From positions 1,408,001 to 1,472,000 of the forward strand of contig OZ220732.1 of assembly GCA_965116905.1 (NCBI GenBank): DNA of 64,000 bases, in the 5' to 3' direction. This DNA comes from Longimicrobiales bacterium. GTDB lineage: Bacteria; Gemmatimonadota; Gemmatimonadetes; Longimicrobiales; Gaopeijiaceae. The translations under genes were made by a program, and so were the position numbers. How positions within the stretch are numbered: the first letter of the stretch is position 1; each line of letters opens with the position of its first letter. Of this stretch, positions 16,850 through 26,245 are shown piece after piece. The notes beneath the pieces are model-generated. The model was not told where the DNA came from. It saw nothing but the letters and a program-made list of their open reading frames with translations, and searched no databases.

Positions 16850-19800
16850 TCGCTCCGGCCCCCTTCTCCTCTTCCTTCTCCTCCCTCGGCGGCCGCTCAC
16901 GGCTCATCCTCAGCGTCACGCCGCCCCGGAACCGTGACCCGCTGCGCTCCACCTCGTGATCCCCGTCGTACAGGTAGTCCAGGATCGCCTGGTCCCACGA
17001 CAGTCCGGCCTTGGCCACCAGCTCCATCCAGGGCCCGTACGCGGTCTCGTCGGGAGCTTCGGTGATGCCGTTCCAGATCGTGATCCTGGGGTTGAACGCG
17101 CCGCCGCCGCCCCCTCGTGAGCCCTTCAGCGGCATCTCGATCAGGACGCTGTCGGTCATGGGCAGGCGGAAGACCTCGGAGTCGAAGTCGGCTCCGTAGC
17201 GGCGGTAGCGGTCGTAGGTGCGCTGGTTCATCTCGAAGACGTCGCGGTTCGAGTTGATCCCTGCGGTGATGTAGTCCCGGATCTTGAACGCGGCGTCCTT
17301 GTGGCGCGGGAAATCGGGGTCGTCGACGTACCCGAACCCCGGCATGAACCATCCCTTGTTCAACCCCCAGTTGCGCTCGGTCACACGGCCGCGCCGCACG
17401 AGGCCCGAGTACTCGGAGAACAGTTGCACGACCTGGTGGCTCGGATAGCCGTGCGGATTGAGGAAGATGTCGGGCAGCCAGCGTTCCCAGAGCTGGCCGC
17501 GCACCTTCGACTCGGGGTAGATGGGGAAGTCCTGGCCGCCGCCGGATGTGACGTCCATCCCCAGCGACGCCAGATAGCCCGCGTGCAGGATGTAGTCGGG
17601 CGTGATCCGGTACAGGTCGTAGGCGAGTTGCGCGCCGTCGGGGTTGGTGAAGGGGTGGATGACGACGTTGACCCTGTCCAGCCTGGCCCGCTGCTCCGGA
17701 TCGGTGAGCAGCAGTTCGGCGTGACGAAGGACGTGGCTCGTGGACGAGACCTCGTTGGCGTGTTGCCGGGCCGAGTAGATCACGGTGGGCTTGAACGTCG
17801 TCGCCTTGGCGCGCGACCAGTGGGTGGCGGTGATCGGCGGCATCAGGTCCATCGCCCAGGTGGTCCTGCCCAGGTAGCTCTTGCCGACCCTGTACATGGT
17901 GGCCTCGTCGAAGGCGTGGCTCAGCTTGGCCGTCATCTCGTGGCCTTCGGGCGGCGGGATGGGAGTGTCCCACTGGACGATGCGCTCGCCGTCGTAGCTC
18001 CAGCCTTCCGGGACCAGGTCGGTCCACACCGGGAGCGGGGCCGGGGCGCCGTTGCCCGGTAGGGTGGCCGCGACGCGCGCCGAATCGTTCTGTTCGTGGG
18101 TCCACTCGGCCCACACGCCGATCTCGCCGACATCGCGGTAGGCGAGCGCGTCGCCGTACAGGCCCGCGTCGCGCAGCGCGCCGAGGTTGGCGAGGGTGGC
18201 CGCGACCTGCTCGGCCGAGATCATGCGGGCGTCGACCTGCTCGGGACGGGCCTGAATGAGCAGCCTGTCGCGCTCGTCGGTCTCGGAGTCGACGCGCACC
18301 CGGAGGTCGAGGCGGGGAAGCGCGGGGGCCCCGGCCGCCCCGGGGGCGATCACTGCACGGCGCAGGCTCGGGCGCTCCATCGTGACCTTCGGAATATCGA
18401 GCCGCTCTTCGCCCTCCCGCCCGTCGCGGGTCCGGTACCGCACGACCACGGCCGGTCGATCCGTCGCGAACCCGGTGAGGCTGATGCGCCCGCGTCCAGC
18501 CGCGCCGTCCCGCTTCGGGCGCATGACGGGAATGATGCGGCCCGGATAGGTCAGGTCCTGGCCGCGCGCGTTGCGTCCGAGCAGGTGGAAGAACTCGATC
18601 GTGCCGAAGTAGATCTCCTCGTGCAGGGCGTCCATCGTCGAGATGATCTCGTTGTCGACGCCCAGGCGGTAGTCGGGCTCGCTGAGTTCGAGTTCGACGT
18701 TCAGCGTCCCGAAGAAGGGCGCGTCCGCGCCGCCGCCGCGCGGATTCCCGTCGTGGCGGTCCATCACGTAGTCGTAGACCGCGGGCAGCGTGCGTTCCTG
18801 GTAGTGGTCCCAGAACCCCTCGGGGTCGGTGACGATGCGTCCGTGGGCGAGGGTGTCCGGCGACGTGTCCCCCGAAGTGTCCCCCTCGGCTATTGCGGTG
18901 ACCCAGCCCGTCGTGACGCGCACGTGTTCGTAGTCGCGGAAGCGGTCGAAGTACGGACGCAACACCCAGACGGGGTCGAAGGTGTCCTCGACGATGGTGC
19001 TTCCGTCCGGTGCGTGGGCCCGGACCCGGTAGATGGGCCCGCTGTCCACCATTTCGAAGCGGATCCGCTCGAGGGAGAGGCCCAGATCCTCGGCCAGGAC
19101 CTCGTCGATCGGAAAGATCTCGTGCAGCCACCGCAGCGGCGTGTGAATCGCCTGTTGCGGCCAGTCGGCCGGCGGGTCGTTCCTCAGAAACTCGATCACG
19201 ACCTCGTCGATCTCCTGCCCGGCAAGCCGGGGGGCGATCCGCTCCGTCAGCCAGAAGAAGCCCTGCTTGAACGCGGACAGCACCTCGACGGTGGTGGCGT
19301 CGGGGTCCGCGCCGGCCGCGATCAGACGGTTCCGGGCCTCCGCTTCGACCGTCCGGCGGACCTCGGGCGGCTCGGAGAGGCGTGCGTGAAGCCGAATCGC
19401 CTGCTCCGGGCGGACCGCGGGCAGTACCTGGTTCTCGAAGACCGTCCAGAAACGGTCCACCTCGGAGGGCACCGTGAAGGTCTCGTCGAAGATCGTGTCG
19501 GCGCGCTGCACGTCGCGGTTGTCGACCGTGACGGTGATCTCGTCGGCGCCCAGTGCGGCGGCCCTCGCGCGCACGAAGTCGGCCAGCCCGTTGGCGGGCT
19601 TCTCGAGTGATAGCATGATGTCCGCCGCCGCGACATCGTCGTCCGCGAGTCCGGCGAAGATCCGGTCGAGCTTGTACAGCCCGACCGCGGCCTGCCCTGC
19701 CGGCGTCCGGCCCGAGAGCGTGGCCCAGAGCTCGTACTCGATGTCGTCGAAGGTGGGCGTGTCGTCGCCGCGTACGCTGACGTTGGGGAAGACCTCGGCG

Positions 19801-21302
19801 AGGCGTTGTGTCGCGAGCGTCGCGCCGTCGTGGTCCGCGCCGGTGACCACCACGGCGGACTTGCTGCCGAACGCGTCGGGCACGAGTTCGATGAGGCCCT
19901 GGCCGGGGCCCAGGTCGCCGGTCGAGATCCTGCCGGAGTCCGCCAACTCGTCGATGAACGGGTGGTCGCTGCCGACGAGCACGGCCGTGGGCTCGCTCGC
20001 GGCGGACTCGATTTCGTCCAGCCGGCGGACCAGCGGCACGGTCAGACCGGTGGCCTCGAGACCCATGCGGGCGGTGAGATCGGCCACGCCCTCGGCGCCG
20101 CTTCCCGGCACCACGACCACCCCGATCCCGGTGGGGATGTCGCTTCCCGTGAGGAATCCGTCGGTGGTGTAGAGGTTGGAGAGGTCGAGGTCGCCGCTGC
20201 CGCCGCCGGGGCGCGCGGAACCGCCGCCCGAGGGCCCGGGTTCGGCCAGCGTCGGGAGGACGACCCGGCGTCCGCCCGCGCCGACGGTGAGCGAGGCCAG
20301 GCCGGGCAGGCGAAGGTCGGCCGAATCGGGCCCTGCGGCGTTGTCGCCGAGGCGTTCCCAGGCGAGGAACTGCAGTTGGTCGAGCGCGTCGGCGGCGCGG
20401 CCGGGGTCGGGACCGGATTCGAAGTCCAGATCGGCGTGGAGATGGACGCCGCCTGCGGACGCATCGAGCGTGGCGCGGGAGTAGTGGAGCGTGGCGGCGG
20501 ACGCCGTGGTGTCGCCCGCGTTCAGCCAGGTGGACAGTTCGTCGCCGACGTCGGTGAGCGAGGGACCGGACAGGGTCCGGACGTGCGGAAGAGCGCCGGC
20601 GAGGAGGCGGGCCGCGCCGAGAAGGGCATCGTCGTCGCCGCCCAGGACGGCCAGCCAGCGGTCGCCGGAGGGGGTGGTGTGGGTGGCGACGGTTGGGGGG
20701 AAGGAGGAGGTGGGCGGCGGATCGCCGGATGGGGGGTCCGCGCCGGGGGTCGCCGTATCGGGGATCGCCGCGTCGGGGGCTGCCGAGGCGGGGATCCCCG
20801 AGGGGTCGACACCGAAGTCCGCGACGGAAAGCCCGGCCGCCTCGACGGCGCGGTGGCCGATCAGGATGCCGATCTGGCCGGGCCGGGGGCCGCGCCGGAT
20901 TGGGAGGTCGAGCGCCATCGTCTCGAATCCCAGCCGCGCGGTGATGTCGGCGGCGGCGGCCCGCTCGGCGTCGGTGGGGTCGGGCGCGAAGATCAGCGCC
21001 GCGCCGAGGCGGTCGGGCACGCCGTCGCCGTTCTCGTCAAGGAGGAGATGTCCGAGATCGAACAGCGTGGCCAGGTGGAAGGGGGGCGGGGTGGGGGGTG
21101 GTTGGGCGGTGGCGGGGTGGAGGGGGAGGAGGGTGGCCAGGATGGCCAGGGTGGCCAGCGTCCCCGGGATGCCGGTTCGCGCGCGCTGCGGGAGGGTAGT
21201 GAACGACGTCAAACCCGGTCGGGTGTCCGATTTTGTCATTAGCGTGTCCGGTTTTGACATATGCTCGTCCGTTTTTGGCACAGGTATGTCCGGTTTTGAC
21301 AT
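16845..21302 (-). CDS. Very large secreted M14-family zinc carboxypeptidase-like protein
   Basis: C-terminal M14 motifs RQHANE (HxxE), FTNPDG, FLNPHGYP; hydrophobic signal-like segment LATLAILATLLPL; start at one of the in-frame starts 21302, 21281, 21260 or 21239 (TAATG overlap at 21302). Confidence 0.8.
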   Translation of the reverse strand: MSKPDIPVPKTDEHMSKPDTLMTKSDTRPGLTSFTTLPQRARTGIPGTLATLAILATLLPLHPATAQPPPTPPPFHLATLFDLGHLLLDENGDGVPDRLGAALIFAPDPTDAERAAAADITARLGFETMALDLPIRRGPRPGQIGILIGHRAVEAAGLSVADFGVDPSGIPASAAPDAAIPDTATPGADPPSGDPPPTSSFPPTVATHTTPSGDRWLAVLGGDDDALLGAARLLAGALPHVRTLSGPSLTDVGDELSTWLNAGDTTASAATLHYSRATLDASAGGVHLHADLDFESGPDPGRAADALDQLQFLAWERLGDNAAGPDSADLRLPGLASLTVGAGGRRVVLPTLAEPGPSGGGSARPGGGSGDLDLSNLYTTDGFLTGSDIPTGIGVVVVPGSGAEGVADLTARMGLEATGLTVPLVRRLDEIESAASEPTAVLVGSDHPFIDELADSGRISTGDLGPGQGLIELVPDAFGSKSAVVVTGADHDGATLATQRLAEVFPNVSVRGDDTPTFDDIEYELWATLSGRTPAGQAAVGLYKLDRIFAGLADDDVAAADIMLSLEKPANGLADFVRARAAALGADEITVTVDNRDVQRADTIFDETFTVPSEVDRFWTVFENQVLPAVRPEQAIRLHARLSEPPEVRRTVEAEARNRLIAAGADPDATTVEVLSAFKQGFFWLTERIAPRLAGQEIDEVVIEFLRNDPPADWPQQAIHTPLRWLHEIFPIDEVLAEDLGLSLERIRFEMVDSGPIYRVRAHAPDGSTIVEDTFDPVWVLRPYFDRFRDYEHVRVTTGWVTAIAEGDTSGDTSPDTLAHGRIVTDPEGFWDHYQERTLPAVYDYVMDRHDGNPRGGGADAPFFGTLNVELELSEPDYRLGVDNEIISTMDALHEEIYFGTIEFFHLLGRNARGQDLTYPGRIIPVMRPKRDGAAGRGRISLTGFATDRPAVVVRYRTRDGREGEERLDIPKVTMERPSLRRAVIAPGAAGAPALPRLDLRVRVDSETDERDRLLIQARPEQVDARMISAEQVAATLANLGALRDAGLYGDALAYRDVGEIGVWAEWTHEQNDSARVAATLPGNGAPAPLPVWTDLVPEGWSYDGERIVQWDTPIPPPEGHEMTAKLSHAFDEATMYRVGKSYLGRTTWAMDLMPPITATHWSRAKATTFKPTVIYSARQHANEVSSTSHVLRHAELLLTDPEQRARLDRVNVVIHPFTNPDGAQLAYDLYRITPDYILHAGYLASLGMDVTSGGGQDFPIYPESKVRGQLWERWLPDIFLNPHGYPSHQVVQLFSEYSGLVRRGRVTERNWGLNKGWFMPGFGYVDDPDFPRHKDAAFKIRDYITAGINSNRDVFEMNQRTYDRYRRYGADFDSEVFRLPMTDSVLIEMPLKGSRGGGGGAFNPRITIWNGITEAPDETAYGPWMELVAKAGLSWDQAILDYLYDGDHEVERSGSRFRGGVTLRMSRERPPREEKEEEKGAGAS
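21219..21302 (-). repeat. Imperfect tandem repeat, 4 x 21 bp, encoding MSKPDIP/VPKTDEH/MSKPDTL/MTKSDTR
   Basis: Minus-strand units ATGTCAAAACCGGACATACCT, GTGCCAAAAACGGACGAGCAT, ATGTCAAAACCGGACACGCTA, ATGACAAAATCGGACACCCGA. Confidence 0.9.
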
Positions 21303-23620
21303 TACCGCCGGGATTCCTCCCCCGGACGGTAGCTCGTGATCGTCGTCCGGCGGATGTCCTCGTCCGTCCACGCGATCTCCTTCGTTTCGCCGCGTGCGAA
21401 CATGGCCGCCTGATCCGCGTGGTGGGGGGCACCGGCGCGCGCGGTCTGGCCGTACGCGAGGACCGTCCGGGCCCGTGGGATGTCCCCGAACTCGACCACG
21501 AAGACCCAGGAATCGCCCCGATTGGCCGCGAGTCGCCCGTCTTCGGTCGGCGCGAAGGACAGGACGCGGAAGCACCCCAGGGTGGGCGGGCAGCCGGACA
21601 CCGGCTCGTCCACCTCACCCCGTATCACGCGGTGCACCTGGCCCCACGGGGCATCGAGGGCGATGCCCTGAGCTCGCAGGAACTCGACCGAACGCCCAAG
21701 CGCCTGCACCGCCGCGTTGGCGTCGCTCAATCCGTAGGGCGTAGCGGCCGGACGCATGGGATCCCACGGCTCGCGCCAGCGCACCGGCCCGCCGGCGTCG
21801 GTGGCTGTCCCGTCGAAGTCCCCATCGAAGTATTGACTCGCCCAGCGGACGAACAGGACCCCGCCCCGGCTGTCGGCACCCGCGGTCAGGTCCCAGCCGG
21901 ACAGAACCTCCACGGCCTCCCGAACCCCCGGATCGCCCGAGGCCCGCGCCGCTTCCAGGAGGTCGTCGATGACGCGCTCGGCCAGCAGCATCCGCGGCGT
22001 GTGCTTCAGCGCGACCACGTGTTCCACGGTGAGGAGCCGCCCTCCGGACTCCGGTGCACCCGAGATCCCCGGCGCACCGGAGATTCCCGGCGCTCCCGCG
22101 GTGCCACCCGCTCCCGCCGCTGCCGCCGCCAGCTCCAGAGACAGCTGGCTCCGCAGCCGCAGCCTCGGTTCCGGCAGGTTGGCGGGCACCGTGTCCCGGT
22201 CCATCGGTACGTTGAGGTTGGTGTAGTCGGGGGTGTCGTTCGCCTGTTGGACGTACCCGCCCGGCGGGTTGAGGTACAGCGGCAGGCTCTCCCAGGGGAC
22301 CAGTTCCGACCAGATGTCGGCCGAAGTCGTGGCGAGCGCCGCGGTGTCGCCGGTCACTGGGTGGGGCAGAAGCGGCAAGCGCGCATTGTAGTAGTGCGCG
22401 ATGTTTCCGTCCCGGTCGGCGTACGTGAAGTTCGATGTCGGATGCGCGCGCATCTTCATGACATCGAGCCATTCCTCGAGGCTCCGGGCCATCATCATCC
22501 GCAGGAACTGCTCGCCGCGCCGAAACTCGCCGTCGCGGGGATCCTTCAGCAGGTACACGTGTTCGTCGGTGCGGTGGATGACCGGCCCGTGCGGCGTGTG
22601 CCAGGAAACGCGGGTCTCGACGGCGCTGCCACCGCCGGGCGTCCGGTAGTCGACGGTCGTCTCGCGTCTCTCAAGAGCCAGCGGCCGGCCGTCAAGCAGT
22701 GCATGGTCGGCCAGGTCCGGGTGCATCCGCAGCTTGTACACCTGCGAAAGCGTCGGATAGTTGTTCGTCGTGGCCCATCCCAGCCGGGCGTTGAAGCCGC
22801 CGATGATCCCGAACGCGGTCCCGATTCGCAGGTCCCCGTAGAAGTCGATCACGCCCGGCACCCGCACATGCCCCTCGTAGTAGGTCAGTCCGGATGGCCG
22901 TTCGAGCAGGTCGTGCCGGCCTTCCCAGGGCAGGTGGGGGTTGCGAAGAAGGATGGTGTTGCCGGACGCGGTGCGCGTGCCGTGAAACGCCCACGCGTTG
23001 GATCCGTCGAGTGCGAAAGACGACGGCGGCTGCTCCGGCGCGTCCTCGTCGCTCAGTCCGGCCACGAAGCGGGCCGCGTCGGCGCGGCTCCAGCCCTGAA
23101 CATCCCGTGCGAGCGCGTCGGCGCCGGTGAAATCGGCGGTCAGCCAGGCGGGGAACTCGTCGGGGTGCAGCCGGATGTAGTGATTCACACCCTCCGCGAA
23201 GCCCCGGTAGACGTCCTGCGTGCGCGGCTCCAGACGGTGGAACGTCTCCACCGCCCGGGCGTGGACCGGACGGGCCGCGAAGTCGGCGTCGAGTTCCTCC
23301 GGGCCGAGGTGGCGGGCGAGGGTGCCCCGGCTCGCCATCATGGCCATGGCGATCGACATGCTGTAGTCCTCGGACTGGACGTATCCGAGGCCGAAGCCCA
23401 TCGCTTCGAGATCGTCGGCGAAGATGTGGGGGATTCCGTACTCGGTCCGGTGGACCATGACGCGCTGGGCCAGGTCAATGGCTGGATCGGCCGCGGTGGC
23501 TGGGTCACGCACCGTGGGTGGATCGGTCTGCCCCATGGCCACGCCGCCGGGCGTGGCGAGGGCCGCGAGCGCTACGGCCAACGTCGCCGCGACCGCCCAC
23601 GGGGTATCCCGCAGGCTCAC
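21302..23620 (-). CDS. Penicillin acylase family (Ntn-hydrolase, S45) protein
   Basis: GTG 23620 (GTGA overlap); signal peptide; RTEYGIPHI, GFGLGYVQSED, GSNAWA (beta-chain Ser nucleophile), LLRNPHLPW, GWATTNN, YVQQAND. Confidence 0.9.
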   Translation of the reverse strand: MSLRDTPWAVAATLAVALAALATPGGVAMGQTDPPTVRDPATAADPAIDLAQRVMVHRTEYGIPHIFADDLEAMGFGLGYVQSEDYSMSIAMAMMASRGTLARHLGPEELDADFAARPVHARAVETFHRLEPRTQDVYRGFAEGVNHYIRLHPDEFPAWLTADFTGADALARDVQGWSRADAARFVAGLSDEDAPEQPPSSFALDGSNAWAFHGTRTASGNTILLRNPHLPWEGRHDLLERPSGLTYYEGHVRVPGVIDFYGDLRIGTAFGIIGGFNARLGWATTNNYPTLSQVYKLRMHPDLADHALLDGRPLALERRETTVDYRTPGGGSAVETRVSWHTPHGPVIHRTDEHVYLLKDPRDGEFRRGEQFLRMMMARSLEEWLDVMKMRAHPTSNFTYADRDGNIAHYYNARLPLLPHPVTGDTAALATTSADIWSELVPWESLPLYLNPPGGYVQQANDTPDYTNLNVPMDRDTVPANLPEPRLRLRSQLSLELAAAAAGAGGTAGAPGISGAPGISGAPESGGRLLTVEHVVALKHTPRMLLAERVIDDLLEAARASGDPGVREAVEVLSGWDLTAGADSRGGVLFVRWASQYFDGDFDGTATDAGGPVRWREPWDPMRPAATPYGLSDANAAVQALGRSVEFLRAQGIALDAPWGQVHRVIRGEVDEPVSGCPPTLGCFRVLSFAPTEDGRLAANRGDSWVFVVEFGDIPRARTVLAYGQTARAGAPHHADQAAMFARGETKEIAWTDEDIRRTTITSYRPGEESRR

Positions 23621-25812
23621 CGGACCCACACCTCCGCCGTCTCGATCACGGCACCCTCCTGTATGGCATCGACGACCTCCATTCCCTCCACCACCACCCC
23701 GTAAATCGTGTAGTTGAAGTCCAGGCGCACGTTGTCGGCCAGATTGATGAAGATCTGGGCGTCGCCGGTGTCGCGGCCGCGGGTGGAAAGGCCCACGGTG
23801 CCGCGCCAGTGGGGCTGCGCGCTGATCTCGTCGCGGCTGTAGGGGCCGTCGCCGGCGTACTCGTTCGCGTGGGGGCTGCCGCCCTGGATGACGAAGTTGG
23901 GCTCGACGCGGTGGAAGGTGAGCCCGTCGAAGTATCCCTGGCTGGCCAGGCGGGCGAAGCGGTCGGCGTTGGTGGCGGCGAGGTCGGGGCGGAGTGCGAT
24001 GACGATGTCGCCGAGACCCGCCATGTGGAGCCGGACGGTCGAGCGCTGCAGTTCGGCGAGACGGGCTGCGTCGGGAGTCGGGGTCCGGGGCAGGGGTCCG
24101 GGCGCGGCTTCCTCGGCTGCGCCGGTGGCCTCGGTCAACAGCGCGGCGGCCCGTTCTGCTATTGCGGGGTCGTAGTCGGTGAGATACGGGGCGAGGTCGT
24201 GCCGGGAGAAGCCGCCCACGGCGCCGATCCCGTCGAGGAGGGCGGCGCGCGCGTCCCGTTCCGTCTCGCGCTGCGCGGCCGTGAAGCGGGCGAGGGGCGC
24301 GAGCAGTGCGGAAACGGGCGTTTCGGCGGGGGTGTGGGCGACCAGGAGACGGGTCGCGGTCATCACGAGTTGCGGGTCGTCGCTGGCCAGCGCGGCGAGG
24401 TAGGCTTCGCGGCCGGCGGCCCCCGCCACCTCGCCCAGCCCCGTGAGCGCGGCCTCGCGCACGTTCGCGTCGGAGTCGTCGCTCAGCTCCTCGAGCGCGG
24501 CTGCGTCTCCCGCCAGGCCCGCGGCCCGCGCCGCCCACGCACGGACAAAGGGGTTGGTGTGCCGCGCGGCCCCGGCCACCCGGTCCCCCACCTCACCCGG
24601 CGCGATCCCCGCCAGCGCGTGAAGTGCCCGCGCCGGCCCGCGCCAGTCGCTCTCCGCGTCGGCCAGCTCGGCGGCCTTTTCCGCGAGCGCCTGGCGCTGC
24701 GTCTCCAGATCCGGGCACGGCTGCGCGAGCAGCCCGATCGCGGTGTTGGACACGTGCGGGTCGGCGTCACGCATGGCGCGCAAGACCGCGGCACAGCCCT
24801 CGTCCGGGCGGGTCCAGCGGTCATACGCCCGCACGGCCTCGACCCGAACGCGCGGGTCGGGGTCCGCAAGGCCGGCCTGGATCACTGTGTCGGCTAGTGT
24901 GCCGTGGCGCAGCGCCGCGATGACCACCTGCCGCCGCACGCCCCAGTCCTCGTCCTGGATGAGCCGGGCGGCGTCCTCGACCGTGAGTTGGCTGGCGTGC
25001 ACGAGGGCCGAAGCGGCCACGCGGCGGACGCGGGCGGCGGCGAGCGTGGCCTTTTCGTGGGCCGCATCCGGGATGTCCCCGCCAATCGACACGGACGACA
25101 ATTGGACCGTCGCGGCTCGCAGTGCGGGCGATAGCGGGGTCCCCGGGCTCCTTCGCGCCATGGCCTCGATCCCGCGCGCCAGACCGGGCATCGGCTGGCA
25201 GGACGGCGTCTCGCACTCCCGGGATCCACCGGTCGCGGGCGCATCTGCCGCGGGGCCGGCTACGCGTTGCATGACGGCAATCAGCCCGGCCTCCACCGCG
25301 GCCCGCTCATCCGCGCCGGGCTGCGCCAACCGCCCCAGGTTCACCGCCAGGCTACCCAGCACGGTCGGATCTTCCTCCACTCCGATCCGCGCCACGAGCG
25401 CCTGCCGAACCCGGTCGATCTCATTCGCACCCGCCTGACCTGCCTCGGCCTGCGGGTCCACGCGGAATACCGCCTGCGCCATCGCGATCGCCGCTGCAGC
25501 CCGAACCACGGGCTCCGGATCGTTCAAATTGGTCTCGAGACCGGCCAGTTGCCCCGGATCTTCCAAACGCCCCAGCGCCCGGGTTGCGTACGCCCGTACG
25601 GTCGCGTCCCCGTCCTGCAGGTGCGCGCGCGCGCGTGGCAGCCCGTCCAGCCCACGCGCGTCTTCCTCGGCCACGATCTCGGCGTACTCGGCGTGGGGGC
25701 CGTCCGGCGGCTGGACGCAGCCCGCCATTGCCGCGGCGAGCGATCCGGCAAGCGCGAACGCCAAGCCTGACCCGACGCAACATGCAGGCGCCCGGTAACC
25801 CCGCCGCTTCAC
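23617..25812 (-). CDS. HEAT-repeat lipoprotein with C-terminal cyclophilin-type peptidyl-prolyl isomerase domain
   Basis: GTG 25812 (GTGA overlap); lipobox AMAGC; repeated DxDxxVR HEAT units; FDGLTFHRVEPNFVIQGG, RGTVGLS, DTGDAQIFIN, YTIYGVVVEGMEVVD. Confidence 0.88.
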   Translation of the reverse strand: MKRRGYRAPACCVGSGLAFALAGSLAAAMAGCVQPPDGPHAEYAEIVAEEDARGLDGLPRARAHLQDGDATVRAYATRALGRLEDPGQLAGLETNLNDPEPVVRAAAAIAMAQAVFRVDPQAEAGQAGANEIDRVRQALVARIGVEEDPTVLGSLAVNLGRLAQPGADERAAVEAGLIAVMQRVAGPAADAPATGGSRECETPSCQPMPGLARGIEAMARRSPGTPLSPALRAATVQLSSVSIGGDIPDAAHEKATLAAARVRRVAASALVHASQLTVEDAARLIQDEDWGVRRQVVIAALRHGTLADTVIQAGLADPDPRVRVEAVRAYDRWTRPDEGCAAVLRAMRDADPHVSNTAIGLLAQPCPDLETQRQALAEKAAELADAESDWRGPARALHALAGIAPGEVGDRVAGAARHTNPFVRAWAARAAGLAGDAAALEELSDDSDANVREAALTGLGEVAGAAGREAYLAALASDDPQLVMTATRLLVAHTPAETPVSALLAPLARFTAAQRETERDARAALLDGIGAVGGFSRHDLAPYLTDYDPAIAERAAALLTEATGAAEEAAPGPLPRTPTPDAARLAELQRSTVRLHMAGLGDIVIALRPDLAATNADRFARLASQGYFDGLTFHRVEPNFVIQGGSPHANEYAGDGPYSRDEISAQPHWRGTVGLSTRGRDTGDAQIFINLADNVRLDFNYTIYGVVVEGMEVVDAIQEGAVIETAEVWVR

Positions 25813-26123
25813 CCGTGCGGATTCCATCCAAAACGCTCCCATGAAGCTTCCCCTTCCTCGTTGAACTCGACGCCCTCGTGCTCCAGCAGCGCGCGCTGGC
25901 GCTGGGCCACCCCCATCACGCGCGAGGTCGAAATGGCGCCCCGGCGGTTCACGACCCGCCACCACGGCACGTCCGTGTCGATCGGGAGGTGGCTCAGCGC
26001 ATAGCCGACCCCCCGGGCCGCACGGGGCCTGCCGACGAGGGCGGCGACGGCCCCGTAGTTGATGATCCTGCCGTTGGGAATCCGCCGCACGCAGGCGTAT
26101 ACTCGTTCTGAAAACGCGGTCAT
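25809..26123 (-). CDS. Alkyltransferase-like protein (MGMT DNA-binding family, ATL/YbaZ type)
   Basis: RIPNGRIINYGAVA...AARGVGYAL...VPWWRVVN; Trp replaces the catalytic Cys of PCHRV. Confidence 0.88.
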   Translation of the reverse strand: MTAFSERVYACVRRIPNGRIINYGAVAALVGRPRAARGVGYALSHLPIDTDVPWWRVVNRRGAISTSRVMGVAQRQRALLEHEGVEFNEEGEASWERFGWNPHG

Positions 26124-26245
26124 GGCAGGGTAAGGTATCGTGCGGTGCGCGCCGATGGGAACACATGGCCCGAGGGAACCGGGGCGTGGTGGGCGCGGGT
26201 ATATTGAGGTGCGTTGGTTGCGCCGAAGTTCAACGGAGATGTGCA

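Noticed and set aside
21219..21302. Possible CRISPR or plasmid origin iterons
   Set aside because: No spacers, no rep gene or extended AT-rich origin nearby; the repeat is in frame at a gene start.
21302..24538. 1078-aa acylase as given in the ORF track (also the long N-extensions of the M14, cyclophilin, merR, pstC, pstB and phoU ORFs)
   Set aside because: The extensions overlap upstream genes and are Arg/Pro-rich noise; stop/start overlaps indicate the shorter starts.
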